43,919 bases of DNA, taken from the IMG/VR virus record IMGVR_UViG_3300049004_000110, positions 1-43,919 of that record. One strand, given 5' to 3'. The first letter of the stretch is position 1. Every line of letters starts with the position of its first letter. Below the pieces are notes generated by a model. That model saw nothing but the letters and a program-made list of their open reading frames with translations. It searched no databases and was not told the DNA's origin. The DNA comes from a virus. Its lineage: Duplodnaviria > Caudoviricetes. This document shows positions 1 through 10,440 of this stretch, piece after piece. The position numbers were made by a program, and so were the translations under genes.

Positions 1-3000
1 CTAGTCACCGAAGACGAAGTACTTGAACTTGTAGGTTTGCCCTGAGACGAAGCTGGCGCCGTTGTTGTCGAACTGCACGGTGAAGTCGGTCGTGGAGCAC
101 GCGGTCAGCAGCGGCACGGCTCTGCTGTCCCAGGCCCCCGACCCGTTGCGGGGAACGATCAGAACAGTGGGTTCATTGGTGCCGAGAGCAGCGGAGAGTG
201 TGACCTTGATCGATGCGAGGTTACCCGCGCCCGAGCCAGCTGTCACGGTAATCGTGCCAGCCATATCGCTGCCGGCAGGTGTCGCGACGGTTGCCCCGGT
301 ACCCCACCCGGTGCCCTGTGTGGTGGCCGTCGGCGCAGGGCCAAAGGTGATGAGGCGGCCGGACTGGTCGAGACGCAGCATGCGAGCCCATGCGCCGCCG
401 CTGAACCGCCAGAAGTCGTAGTGATTGCTGGCGGACATTTGAACGATCCACCGGGCAGTCGTCGCGACGTTCTGCATGAACCAGTACGGACCGGCTCCTA
501 CGGTGTCGGAGCCGTCTTTCTGTAAGAGGTAAGAGTCGTTCCCCCAGACCTGACCCGTCAAGAAGGGGTTGTTTTTCGGTGCCAGCGTGGAGGGATCCGT
601 CTGCCACGGCGACGAAACTAACTCCCACCGCGACGCAGCTGCGTCGTAAAGGAAGGACGCGATCGCCGGCGAACTGAGTGACACGTTTCCGCCGGTCTGA
701 GTCGTGATTCTGTTCGCCGCAGTGCTGCTCGCATCTTCATTGACAATGGTCATCGTCTGGCCGGTGCGGTTGACGATCGTAAGCGTTTTAGCGGAGTAGC
801 CGGAGTCGAAGCCGCCGAGTGAAAAAGCTGCGCTTGGTCCTGAGACGTCAACCAACGTGTCGTAGGTGAGGACGTTCGCGTAAGCCGCGATCGGGATGTT
901 CGAGTTTAGCCCGTTCGATAAGCCGGCACTCACCGCACCTGGAGAATAGGAACTGTGCGTTGAGGCTGTAACGCCAAGTGACGACAGCCCCGCCGTAGGA
1001 ACTGCCTTGACGGTCAATCCGCCATCGAATGATCCTGCACCGTTTGCGGACCGCGTATAGACGTACATCGTCGACGGGAGCGTCCAAGGATTCGAGATCG
1101 TGGGGAGTGCTGAGACATCAAGAGATGCAACCGGATTACCTGCGGTATCAAAGATGTCGAAGTGATCGATGCTGCTGCCGACTCCGCTAACCTCAAACCA
1201 CTGCATCTCGCTAAAGTTAGTTGGGTTCGAGAGCGCATATCCTTTTCGCCAGCGCCAGTACCGGTGCGATCCCGATGGGGACCAGCCGATGTCGGTCACA
1301 AAGAAATAAGGAGCGACAAATGCGGCCGGCGGCGGATTCAATGTCGCTGGGAAGCGTTGGTTCGAAACAGCGATCCATGCTGAACCGTTATCTGAAAACT
1401 CTACGACTCCGCCACCGATCCCGGAGGTATCGAACGTCACCCGAAGCGCCCGCAGCTCTTTCGGAGAACCGAAATCGGTCGTGATGGTGGTATCCGCTGC
1501 TGGACTCCAATCAAACGCCTTGGTCCCGACATTGCCGTCGTTGACGTTTGCTCCGACGTAGCCTCCTGCGTTCGCTTGAGACCAGAACGAACTTCCGTAC
1601 CGGTTTGCGGCGAGATAGACGGGGGCATCCCAATAAGCTGTGACGACCGGCGGCGTAGCACCATTTCGATTCATCACCATGTTTACAACGTCTGGCGCTT
1701 GCGCCATCGACGGCGTAATCGTCGCGATCGACGCGAGGCCGACGAAGAGGGGAAAGAGAGCACTCACAACTCTTGACCGCACCGTGTACGTTGAACCCAT
1801 AGTCACTCCTTTGATGAGCAGGTCTCCGGATCCGGGTCGGCCGAGCTCGTACTCGGCAAACCCGCCCGATTGTTGAACGGTGATGATTTGCCCGCCGTAC
1901 CAGTCATACGGCGGGGTTAGCGTTGGGAGGGTCACGCGGACGTTGAATCCCTCCTGAATGAGCGTGACGGGCGGAGGCGTCGGCGGCGTCAGGTACGGGT
2001 CCGACAGCGTCGACCCAACCTTCGCAGCGGCCGTCGCGGAAGCGCCGGCCCATCGCCTTGCGTCGATCAGCTCGAGCTCAACGGCGTAGGTACCGTTCGG
2101 CTGTTTGTCGCGGACCATGACGCGGAAGTTGTCGGCGATCCCGCGGGCAGGGACCGACTGCGTCACGACGTCGCCCATCAGCCGCGGGCCGCCGGCGTTT
2201 GCGAGCCACTTTCCTTTGATGCGATACGCCTGGTAGGCGTAGAGCAGGTAGCCGAGCTTGAGGTTGACGATCGCCGGATCGTGGAGCTGAGGAAACTTGA
2301 ACGTTACCGGCACTTCCGTCTCGGTGCCCGCAATGAGTCCTGCCGTCCGGAGAGTGAGCGCCTTCGTCTTCCAAATGCCGAATGGATCGGTGATGTCCGT
2401 GTACTCGATGGTCACGCTATTGACCATCTGATCGGGATCCGCGACCGGACCGGCTTCGATGTCCTGATCGGCGGCGAAGTAGGAATCGTCGTAGGTGGCC
2501 ACCGGCGCGGTATTGCGGTCCGCGATCGCCGTCAACTGATTGCCGCCGGCATAGACCATCCAGCCGTCCCACAGGAGGCCGAACATTTTTCGACCTTCGC
2601 GCACGCTGGCGCTGAGCAGAAGATGCGACTCGTACTGCGCCGCCGGCGTCGCCGCGGCCGCAACCTGAAACGACCCCTCGTTGATGCGTGACGGCCGCAG
2701 GCGGCCGCCCGAGGGATCGAGAGCCCAGAACCGTGCTTGCCAGACCGGATTGACCGTGTACTGCACCAAGCCCGTGCTCGTGTTGAGCACGCGACTGCCG
2801 CGGAAGCGATACTTGATCTTCGGGATCCCGTTGGTCCAGACCTGAGCGACGTTCGACCAGCACTCGATCGAGTGGGAGATCGCGCGACGCTTTCCGGTCT
2901 TGTCGGTGATGACGAGCGTTTCGGCCCACGTTCCGCCGAGCGCCGCGACGACGCCGGCGAGCGTGGCATGGACCGTTTGGGAAAGCGACCCGCTGACCCA

Positions 3001-3348
3001 CGTGTAGGAGAAGTTTACGTTCGTGAAAAGGCCGGTGTCCGTGTAAACGCCGACGAGGCCGTCACATTCGCCCGCCTGCTCGGCGCCGTAGATCGTGGCC
3101 TCGCGTTCGCCGAGGCAGAGAGCGCGCACAATCCAGAGGTAGCTTCCGTATTGCACCGCGTACCGGATGCTCCCCTCGGTCTCCACGAGGCCGAAGGCGA
3201 AGGACATGAACTTGTCGTTGTCGTCTGCGCCGCCAGGGAGCGTGAACTGCGCGACCTTCTCCGGCACGAACGGGCTCGGCATATCGAGCTTCGGCGCTTT
3301 GCGCGACAGATCAGGCGTGGTGACGACGGCGTGGCGGCGGTCGGTCAT
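1..3348 (-). CDS. Tail tip / host-specificity (gpJ-like central fibre) protein with FN3-like and discoidin (F5/8C)-like segments
   Basis: Last gene of tail module; ATG at 3348 overlaps upstream stop (ATGA); YTVNPVWQ and NSVTIEYTD hub-like motifs; ANVNDGNVGT..DFGSPKELRALRV..VEFSDNGSAW..HRYWRW discoidin-like stretch. Confidence 0.75.
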   Translation of the reverse strand: MTDRRHAVVTTPDLSRKAPKLDMPSPFVPEKVAQFTLPGGADDNDKFMSFAFGLVETEGSIRYAVQYGSYLWIVRALCLGEREATIYGAEQAGECDGLVGVYTDTGLFTNVNFSYTWVSGSLSQTVHATLAGVVAALGGTWAETLVITDKTGKRRAISHSIECWSNVAQVWTNGIPKIKYRFRGSRVLNTSTGLVQYTVNPVWQARFWALDPSGGRLRPSRINEGSFQVAAAATPAAQYESHLLLSASVREGRKMFGLLWDGWMVYAGGNQLTAIADRNTAPVATYDDSYFAADQDIEAGPVADPDQMVNSVTIEYTDITDPFGIWKTKALTLRTAGLIAGTETEVPVTFKFPQLHDPAIVNLKLGYLLYAYQAYRIKGKWLANAGGPRLMGDVVTQSVPARGIADNFRVMVRDKQPNGTYAVELELIDARRWAGASATAAAKVGSTLSDPYLTPPTPPPVTLIQEGFNVRVTLPTLTPPYDWYGGQIITVQQSGGFAEYELGRPGSGDLLIKGVTMGSTYTVRSRVVSALFPLFVGLASIATITPSMAQAPDVVNMVMNRNGATPPVVTAYWDAPVYLAANRYGSSFWSQANAGGYVGANVNDGNVGTKAFDWSPAADTTITTDFGSPKELRALRVTFDTSGIGGGVVEFSDNGSAWIAVSNQRFPATLNPPPAAFVAPYFFVTDIGWSPSGSHRYWRWRKGYALSNPTNFSEMQWFEVSGVGSSIDHFDIFDTAGNPVASLDVSALPTISNPWTLPSTMYVYTRSANGAGSFDGGLTVKAVPTAGLSSLGVTASTHSSYSPGAVSAGLSNGLNSNIPIAAYANVLTYDTLVDVSGPSAAFSLGGFDSGYSAKTLTIVNRTGQTMTIVNEDASSTAANRITTQTGGNVSLSSPAIASFLYDAAASRWELVSSPWQTDPSTLAPKNNPFLTGQVWGNDSYLLQKDGSDTVGAGPYWFMQNVATTARWIVQMSASNHYDFWRFSGGAWARMLRLDQSGRLITFGPAPTATTQGTGWGTGATVATPAGSDMAGTITVTAGSGAGNLASIKVTLSAALGTNEPTVLIVPRNGSGAWDSRAVPLLTACSTTDFTVQFDNNGASFVSGQTYKFKYFVFGD

Positions 3349-3956
3349 AGGATCGTCACCGAAGTGGTGAGCTGCAGCGGCGCGCCGAGGACCCACACAT
3401 CGCCCTCTTCATACGCTTCCGGAAATTGTTGAACGTCGTAGAAGGCCGCGAAGCGCCGGCGTCCCGAGGCGGCGGAGAACGACAGCGTCGGACCGGTCGG
3501 CTGCGAGGCGAGGTTGACGAACGTCACGTTGTCTGCGCCCTCCGCGCCGGCGCCGGAGTTGAGCGTGTAGCGAGATCCCGCGATCACCGCGCCCGTTCCG
3601 TCGTAGAGCGTCGGCGTGACGACCGTGCTCGCCGGAAGGGTGTAGACCAACTGTCCGGCGACGACGTCGGCCGCTTTCATCTTCGGAATCGATCGCAGTG
3701 ACCAGAAGCAGAAGAACGAAAAAAACGTCGCTGCATTCAGCGCGAAGTGATCGCGCAGCGAGTCGAGGTCGGCCGCGCTCAGGCAGTCGGAAAAGTAGGT
3801 GAGCTTGTACTGCTGATATGGATGCGGCACGTTGATCTGCGGATCACCGAAGGCTGCGTCGACGCGCTCCTGGGCGACGATGAGCTGCCGCGTGTACGCC
3901 TGACCAGGCGTCCGTGATGACGGTGCGATATCCGGAAACACGGTGCCGCGGATCAC
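3345..3956 (-). CDS. Distal tail-like protein
   Basis: Position between tape measure and tail tip; 4-nt overlaps with both neighbours. Confidence 0.5.
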   Translation of the reverse strand: MIRGTVFPDIAPSSRTPGQAYTRQLIVAQERVDAAFGDPQINVPHPYQQYKLTYFSDCLSAADLDSLRDHFALNAATFFSFFCFWSLRSIPKMKAADVVAGQLVYTLPASTVVTPTLYDGTGAVIAGSRYTLNSGAGAEGADNVTFVNLASQPTGPTLSFSAASGRRRFAAFYDVQQFPEAYEEGDVWVLGAPLQLTTSVTIL

Positions 3957-4450
3957 ACGCCACCCCCGAAGAGAAACTGGTTACTCGAGGGCGGCGCCTC
4001 GTGCGCCGTGAGAACGTCGCCATAGGTGATGTCGGGCGACGGACCTTCGCGGCCGTCGTCGGACCGGCAGGTCAGTTCCATGTGCGCGCCGATGAGCCGC
4101 GGTTTGGCCGTGAAGCCTTCCAGCCACGGCTCGGTGCCGGCGATCGAGAAGTCGGCGTTGAAGTGCAGCTTCGTCACGACGACGTCCTTGCGCCGCTGGG
4201 CCGGATCGTTCACCAGGTCATTGAGCAAGTTGTCGGCGTTGTTGAACGTGACCGTCAGGCGCACCGCCGCGCCGTCCGACGTCTCGACGACGCTGCCGAT
4301 CGTGAAGGGGCGGAAGATGTAGGTCTGGGCGCTCACCGTCAGACCGCCGGGATAGTTGGTGTAGCGGCGCGTGGGTGTAGCGCTGATCGTGATCAGGTAC
4401 GCCGCCGATTGCCGGCGGTCTGCGTAACGTGCTGTGACGAGCGGATCCAT
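3953..4450 (-). CDS. Minor tail/hub protein (DUF1833/gpL N-terminal-like)
   Basis: Follows tape measure; YLITIS..RRYTN..LTV...TY..RPF...LTVTFNNAD pattern. Confidence 0.55.
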   Translation of the reverse strand: MDPLVTARYADRRQSAAYLITISATPTRRYTNYPGGLTVSAQTYIFRPFTIGSVVETSDGAAVRLTVTFNNADNLLNDLVNDPAQRRKDVVVTKLHFNADFSIAGTEPWLEGFTAKPRLIGAHMELTCRSDDGREGPSPDITYGDVLTAHEAPPSSNQFLFGGGV

Positions 4451-4453
4451 CGT

Positions 4454-7400
4454 CTATCTTGCCACCGTGTCGAACAGGTGGACCGCCATCTCGGGGTGAT
4501 CTCTAAGCGTCTGGAAGACCGACTCCTGGAACGTCATGCCGACCGAGCGAAAGAACTCGACGACGTCTCCGTTCATGGTCACGCTGTGATCGGCGATCGC
4601 CACGCGCGTGCGGCGCATCTCCTCGGTGAGCTCTTTGAGCGAGGCGAGGATCTCCGCACTCCGATCCGGTGAGCTGGTCGGTCGATTGGACGGCATGGCT
4701 GCGAGCTGATCGATGAGCCGCTGCATCAGGGCGCGGTGCCAGTCGGCCGACGAATCGAAAATCGACGGCGAAACACCGAACGCATGAACGTCGGCGTTTC
4801 CGTCGCCGAGGCCGCTCGCCAGGTCCTCGATCGAGCTGACGATCATCGCAACGCCAGAGGTCGTGCCGATGGCGATCGGCTTGTCGTCGAGCGCCAGGCG
4901 GAACGCATCATGAAGCGACTGCGAGCCGGTGTAACCGTCATCCGGACCGGGCGTGACGATCGGCGTGCGATTGTCGGGCAGATCGTTACCGGGCGTGCCG
5001 CCGTTGTTGGGCGACGTCGACCCGCGGCCGCTGCCGGCGCCGCGGCCCATCAGATCATTCGACGCCTTCAGCAGATTCTGCGACGCGCTGTTGAGCAGCT
5101 CGTAAGCGGACTTCTGCTGCGCGACGAGGTCATCCCGGCCTTTGTTGTAATCCGCGCCGGCGAGGTTGCGGACCTCGGCGCTGATCTGTTGGAGCTCGCT
5201 GCGGTTCTGAGCGTTGTTCGGCGCCAAGCCGAGCGCCTGCTGCCCGTACTGTTCGATCTGCTGCACGAGCTCGGAGACGCGCTCCGGATCCTTGGTCGTC
5301 TGCAGCTGGTTCTCCAGCTCGCCCATCCGCTTGTAGTAGTAGTCGAGCTTGTCCTGGTCACCCATGCCGGCGAGATTGACCTGCTCGTCGAAACTATCGA
5401 GCGAGGCGAAGGTCTGTTTTTCCAGCTCGTCGATCTTCTGGAAACCGGCGACCAGACCGGCGAAGAAGCTGTCCGAGAGGGTGTTGAGCTGCTCCATCGC
5501 TGCGAGCTGGTCGCTCACGTCCGAGAGTTTCGGAAGTGAAGCGAGGACGCCGGCCATCTGGCCTTTGATGTCGGTGACCTGAGAGAGCGCGTTCGACGCT
5601 TCGTTGTTGCGGGCTTCGGCCAGCGCGGATCCGGGGATGAGATCGTGCGCGTTGCCGATGTCGCCGATCTTCGTCTTCACCGCCGCGAACTTCGCCAGCG
5701 CGCTGACGTAGCTGAAGACCGCGTCGTGGAGCTCCGTCCCCTGCATCGTGCCCCAGTACGTCATGAGCTGCTCGATGCGGTTCTGCCCTTCTCCCATCGC
5801 CGCGAGGCCCGCACGCAGCGCGGGCTCATATGCGGCAAACGTCGCTTTCGGCAGCTTGTTCGAGAGGAAGTCGTTGAGCGAACCCAGAGCGCCGTCGTCG
5901 GTGATGTTTCCGGTCTCGCCCGTGCCGCCGTTCAGATAGAGCGTCGGATGGAACGACGCGAGCTTGGCCTTCACCTCGTCCGGGAACAGATCGATGATCT
6001 GCTGCCAGCTCTTCATCGTCTCCTCGGCTTTGCGGTGGACCTGCGTGATGAGGTCCGCGCGCGCCTCGGCCGAGATGCCCTTCTCCTCGATATTCAATGA
6101 TCCTTGACCGAGGTTCTGCGTCGTCTGGTCCTGGCCGTAAGTCGACGTGTACGGCGCGCGCAAATCGTCGAGCGTCAACCCTCGCATCGAGACGGCGATG
6201 TGGTCGCTCGTCTTCATCGTCGCGCCGATCGCCGAGCCGATCGCGCCGCCGATCACCGATCCGATCTCTGCGCCGATCGCCGTTCCAATACCAGGAAGGA
6301 TCGATCCGATGATTCCGCCCGCGATTGATCCGACTCCGCCGCCGATCGCGCCGCCGGCTGCTGCTTTGTTGCCGGGCCCGAAGAGACCACCAATGAATGA
6401 GCCGACCCCGGCGCCGGCGAGGATGCCGTCCAGCGAGCGCCTATCCAGACCGTTTTCGTTCACGAACGCTGCTTGGATTTGACCGAAGGAAGAGAGGATC
6501 GATCCACCGTGCAGCGGCGCGCTGAGCGCCTCCGCGAATACCTTCGACCACTTCTGCCCGAGGTCGTGTACAAGCGAGTCAGCGCTCGCGCCGAGGTTCG
6601 CGTTGCTCGCGGCGATGCTCTCGAAGTACTTGTCGATCGCCGACTGCGTCGATTCGAGCGCGCCGATGACCGTGTCCTGCAGCGTGACGCCGATCTTCGG
6701 AATCACTTCATCGCGGCGCTTTTCGAGGTTGGTCAGCCAGTCGTCGGTCCCGGCGATCATCGCCTGGCGTGCATGGAACGCAGCATCCTCGGCAGCACGG
6801 TTCTTCTGAATACGCGCCTGCTCGATGACGCCGAGCCGCGTTTCGCGAAGCTCCTTCATCGCGTCGCCGGCGAGATCGATCTGCGTGCGCTTGTCTTCCT
6901 CGGCCGCCCAACGATCATTCGCCGCGATCCGCACCGCGAGCTCGCGATCGACCGAGTTGGTGATCTGATCGATCCGCCGGTTTTCCGTCTCCGTGTTCGC
7001 GTCGATCCGGATCTGCTCCTCGAGCTCGACGGTCTGCTTGGTCGCCTGCACGCTCTTTTCGTTGATCTTCGTGATGCTGGCACCCGCTGCGTCGGCGAGT
7101 TTCTTGTCGAAGAACTCGGCGGCGTCGTCTGTAACCTTCTCCCATTTCCCGGCGATCTCTTCCCCTTTAAATGGGATCACTTCTGAGAGCTGAGACTTCT
7201 TCTGATCGTCGGCGATCTCCCGTAGCGCGGACTGCCGCTCCGCGTTGATCGATGTCTCGTAGTCACCCGCCTTCGCTGGCGAATACTTTTTGGAGAGCTG
7301 TTTTTGGACGTCGCTGATGTCAGTCAAATACTTCGCCATTGCATCGTTGCCGCGATTGGTGAACGTCGCCTCGATGTCTTTGAGGTCTTTCTTCCAATCC

Positions 7401-9370
7401 TCATTTGCATCCGACAGCTCTTTGTGGGCCTTCTTGTAGTGATCGATCGCCTGCAGCCGCTCGACCGTGATCTGCTGCAGCGCCTTGGCCAGCGGGTCGT
7501 TGTCCGTTCCTCCAGCAGCACCGACATGGAACGGCTCCATGAAGCGCTGAAAGTCGGCCAGTTGGTTCTCGGCCTTGGTGTCGTCGGCTTCCGGGTGGCC
7601 GCTCTTCAGCGTGTACGGTGCGGCTGGCCCGATCGCTTCGCTGTACTTGTTCGGAACCGCGCGCGCCCAGTACGGCGTACCCGGAGCACCAGGCGCCGCC
7701 GTCGGTGATTTCGTAAATGGCGAGTCCGGATTGAGCCAGCCGCCCGAATCGCCAAAGAGTTTGTCCGACCAATACTTCCCGGCAACGACGAACGGATCGT
7801 TTTGAACGCCAGGCTGGACATAACCATAGGTGAGCTGCTTGTCGGACTCCTCACCGCGTCGCGACATCCCGTAAGCGTGGATGTTGGTGACCTTGTTCAG
7901 GAACCTCTGCGTACCGGTCTGCATGTTCGAGAAAAAGGCGCGGACTGGATCGCCGACCGACGACTGCATTTCCTCCCCGAAGAAATCAGAGAAGTCCTTC
8001 GCGCCACCCGGCTCAACAACTTTCTTAACCACGGTGACCGTGAACGTAGCGCCCTTGGCGAGCAGGTCCGCCGTGTCTCTGATGGCCTTGAGCAACTCCG
8101 CGTTGAACGTCGCCTTGCCCCACTTGTCAACTGTGACGATCGAGTCGCGAAGATTGAGGATGTCGGTCGTCAGCTCCTTCGTCGCACCGGTCGTTCCTTC
8201 GCCAAGGAGCTGCTGCCACGCGTCGTGCAGATTCGACAACGCACCGGTGTACGTGTCCATCGACTTTTTGCCGGCCATCGCGAATGCTTCGAGCCGCTTC
8301 TGCAGCTCCTGGATCAGGATTCCCTGCTCGTGCCACGTCTCCATCTGCTCGCGGGCCTCTTTGTTCGATCCGAACTCGGAGAGCAGCGCGGCCGCGAAGC
8401 GTGCGTGGCGCGGATCGGCGCGGCCGGTGAGCAGCGCACGCAGGTTGTTCGGGATCTCGTCCGGAGAGAGTCCGAACGTGACGCCGCCCTGCGCAAACGA
8501 TGAGGTGAAGGAAGCAAGGTCTTTGTTGCTGGCAACGACGCCTTTCGCGTCGGTGAGGTACTGGAGCTCGTAGGCGAGCGAGCGGCGCGTCGCGTCCTGC
8601 ATCTGCGAAAACAGGAGCGTAGTTTCCAGCGTCTTCGTCTTGATCTGATCCGTCAGATCGGCGCCGATCTTCTGCGCTGCATTGAATGCGGCCGCGCCCG
8701 TAAGCAGATGTCCCTGGACGTCATAGATCTTCGCGAACGTAGTGATGATCGCTGCCGAGCCGATGCGGGTCTGCTCCAGCTCTGAGTTGAAGTTGACGCC
8801 CTCCATCACGAGCTTCTTCGTCTCATCCCAGAGCTCGCGGACGACCCACGCCGACAAGAACGCCTTCACCAAATTCGTAGCCGACGAGAGACTGGCACCG
8901 ATGGAGTTGACGCCGGCCGCCGTCTCTTCAGCCGCGGCGGCGTTCCGCTGCATCGTCGCCTGGAGTTGCGCTTGCGCTTGCGCCGCCTGCGCGGTTGCGC
9001 GCTCGAGCTGCGATTTCGCGGTGGAGAGCTTTACCGTCGCGATCTCATCGGCCTTCGCTGCTTGAGTTTCAGCCGCCGTGGCGCGCGTCTCGGCAGCAGT
9101 CGCGTTCGCGGCGGCGGCCGCGGCCTGCGATTGCGCCTTCGTCGTATTGATTTGCGCGGTTTTCGCCTTCGCAGATGCTTCGGCGGCCGCCGCTTCAATT
9201 TTCTCTTTTTCGCCGAGCGCCTGAATGGATGCGACGAGTTGCTGGACGGCGGGCGCACCTTCCTTCATCGCGGCCTGCATCTGCCGCGTGAGCTCGACGT
9301 CGCGCGTCACTCCGGTCACGAAACCGGAGTCGTCGTACTGCAGCCGCGCTACTACGACGTGCTCGCTCAT
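4454..9370 (-). CDS. Tail tape measure protein
   Basis: 1638 aa, Ala/Gln-rich helical, Gly-rich hydrophobic repeat (GAIGGGVGSIAGG..PGIGTAIG), directly after tail chaperones. Confidence 0.92.
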   Translation of the reverse strand: MSEHVVVARLQYDDSGFVTGVTRDVELTRQMQAAMKEGAPAVQQLVASIQALGEKEKIEAAAAEASAKAKTAQINTTKAQSQAAAAAANATAAETRATAAETQAAKADEIATVKLSTAKSQLERATAQAAQAQAQLQATMQRNAAAAEETAAGVNSIGASLSSATNLVKAFLSAWVVRELWDETKKLVMEGVNFNSELEQTRIGSAAIITTFAKIYDVQGHLLTGAAAFNAAQKIGADLTDQIKTKTLETTLLFSQMQDATRRSLAYELQYLTDAKGVVASNKDLASFTSSFAQGGVTFGLSPDEIPNNLRALLTGRADPRHARFAAALLSEFGSNKEAREQMETWHEQGILIQELQKRLEAFAMAGKKSMDTYTGALSNLHDAWQQLLGEGTTGATKELTTDILNLRDSIVTVDKWGKATFNAELLKAIRDTADLLAKGATFTVTVVKKVVEPGGAKDFSDFFGEEMQSSVGDPVRAFFSNMQTGTQRFLNKVTNIHAYGMSRRGEESDKQLTYGYVQPGVQNDPFVVAGKYWSDKLFGDSGGWLNPDSPFTKSPTAAPGAPGTPYWARAVPNKYSEAIGPAAPYTLKSGHPEADDTKAENQLADFQRFMEPFHVGAAGGTDNDPLAKALQQITVERLQAIDHYKKAHKELSDANEDWKKDLKDIEATFTNRGNDAMAKYLTDISDVQKQLSKKYSPAKAGDYETSINAERQSALREIADDQKKSQLSEVIPFKGEEIAGKWEKVTDDAAEFFDKKLADAAGASITKINEKSVQATKQTVELEEQIRIDANTETENRRIDQITNSVDRELAVRIAANDRWAAEEDKRTQIDLAGDAMKELRETRLGVIEQARIQKNRAAEDAAFHARQAMIAGTDDWLTNLEKRRDEVIPKIGVTLQDTVIGALESTQSAIDKYFESIAASNANLGASADSLVHDLGQKWSKVFAEALSAPLHGGSILSSFGQIQAAFVNENGLDRRSLDGILAGAGVGSFIGGLFGPGNKAAAGGAIGGGVGSIAGGIIGSILPGIGTAIGAEIGSVIGGAIGSAIGATMKTSDHIAVSMRGLTLDDLRAPYTSTYGQDQTTQNLGQGSLNIEEKGISAEARADLITQVHRKAEETMKSWQQIIDLFPDEVKAKLASFHPTLYLNGGTGETGNITDDGALGSLNDFLSNKLPKATFAAYEPALRAGLAAMGEGQNRIEQLMTYWGTMQGTELHDAVFSYVSALAKFAAVKTKIGDIGNAHDLIPGSALAEARNNEASNALSQVTDIKGQMAGVLASLPKLSDVSDQLAAMEQLNTLSDSFFAGLVAGFQKIDELEKQTFASLDSFDEQVNLAGMGDQDKLDYYYKRMGELENQLQTTKDPERVSELVQQIEQYGQQALGLAPNNAQNRSELQQISAEVRNLAGADYNKGRDDLVAQQKSAYELLNSASQNLLKASNDLMGRGAGSGRGSTSPNNGGTPGNDLPDNRTPIVTPGPDDGYTGSQSLHDAFRLALDDKPIAIGTTSGVAMIVSSIEDLASGLGDGNADVHAFGVSPSIFDSSADWHRALMQRLIDQLAAMPSNRPTSSPDRSAEILASLKELTEEMRRTRVAIADHSVTMNGDVVEFFRSVGMTFQESVFQTLRDHPEMAVHLFDTVAR

Positions 9371-9388
9371 TCCCCTCCCGCCCGCTCG

Positions 9389-9787
9389 TTACTTCTTCTT
9401 CGTTGCCTTGCACATCCGTTCGTTGATTTGCGCAACCCACCAACGCTCGAACGCCTGCATCTTGCGAAAAACGTCGTCTTCTTCTTCGTTTTCGACGCCG
9501 TTCGCTCGCATCACTCGATCGAGCTCGCGGCCGTACCTGAAGCCGACGATCCCGCCCATCCCTGCCACCTCGATCTGCGACAGCATGTCGAGGCAGACGT
9601 CCCACGCCTTCCGGTTCTGCGGCCACAGGAAACTGTCCGCGCCGCCGGCGACGGTCGACGTCGCCGGCGGCGGGAGTTTCCCTGTGCGTTTCAGTTCCGC
9701 CGCGCGCCGCTTCGATTCAGCGATGCGCGACTTCGCATCACCGCTTGCTAGACCGAAGAACCGGCCGGCGTGGGCGAGGAGTTTTTT
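9389..9787 (-). CDS. Tail assembly chaperone T segment (DUF1799-like), expressed by -1 frameshift
   Basis: -1 frame after A AAA AAC reads KLLAHAGRFF...FLWPQNRKAW..SQIEVAGMGGIVGFRY to stop at 9389. Confidence 0.8.
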   Translation of the reverse strand, partial: KKLLAHAGRFFGLASGDAKSRIAESKRRAAELKRTGKLPPPATSTVAGGADSFLWPQNRKAWDVCLDMLSQIEVAGMGGIVGFRYGRELDRVMRANGVENEEEDDVFRKMQAFERWWVAQINERMCKATKKK

Positions 9788-10407
9788 ACTTCTGCCGCCT
9801 TCGACGACACGAGCGAGCGCGCACGATCGAACACGTATTCGTACATGCGCTGATTCGCCGGCACCATCTGCTTCTCCACCGCCTGCTTGCCGTTCTCGAT
9901 GATCGGCTCCTGGACCATCGCCAGTCGCGACTCGGTGATGCGCGTCGGTTCGCCGCCGGCGGGATCCGGAACGATGCTTTCGGTCTTCACTTCACGCTCG
10001 ACCCATCGCGTGAGCTTGACCTCGACCTCGACCTCGTGCATCGACGTGCCGCCGAGGAAGGCATCGATCTCAGCATCGGTGGTGAGCTCGATCAGCTTCC
10101 ACTTTCCTTCAGCGTCGACCGGGTCGGCGAAGTCGACGATGTTGGTCACCTTGCGCACCAGGTGTTCGCGGGTGATCGCGATGCGCTGCTTGACCGACTC
10201 TTCGATCGAGATCTCGACGTCGACCGGTTTGCCGTCGACGAGCTTCAGCGATCCGTCTTCGTTGTGGACGTAGCGGAGAGCGTTCAGTCTGTCCTGAAAC
10301 GCGCCGACCTCGGTCGCCGGCATCGGAACGATGTGAATCGTGCCGCCGTCCGGATGATCATCCTCGACGACTGCACCAGGCATGTGAAACGTTCGAATTT
10401 TCGCCAT
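9748..10407 (-). CDS. Tail assembly chaperone G
   Basis: Between tube and tape measure genes; slippery heptamer near 3' end. Confidence 0.75.
   Translation of the reverse strand: MAKIRTFHMPGAVVEDDHPDGGTIHIVPMPATEVGAFQDRLNALRYVHNEDGSLKLVDGKPVDVEISIEESVKQRIAITREHLVRKVTNIVDFADPVDAEGKWKLIELTTDAEIDAFLGGTSMHEVEVEVKLTRWVEREVKTESIVPDPAGGEPTRITESRLAMVQEPIIENGKQAVEKQMVPANQRMYEYVFDRARSLVSSKAAEVKNSSPTPAGSSV
9781..9787 (-). promoter_or_regulatory. -1 ribosomal frameshift slippery site A AAA AAC
   Basis: In-frame X XXY YYZ heptamer (GTA AAA AAC) linking G frame to open -1 frame. Confidence 0.85.
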
Positions 10408-10440
10408 GTGTTTTCCTTTTTCTTGCGATGAGACGGCGAG

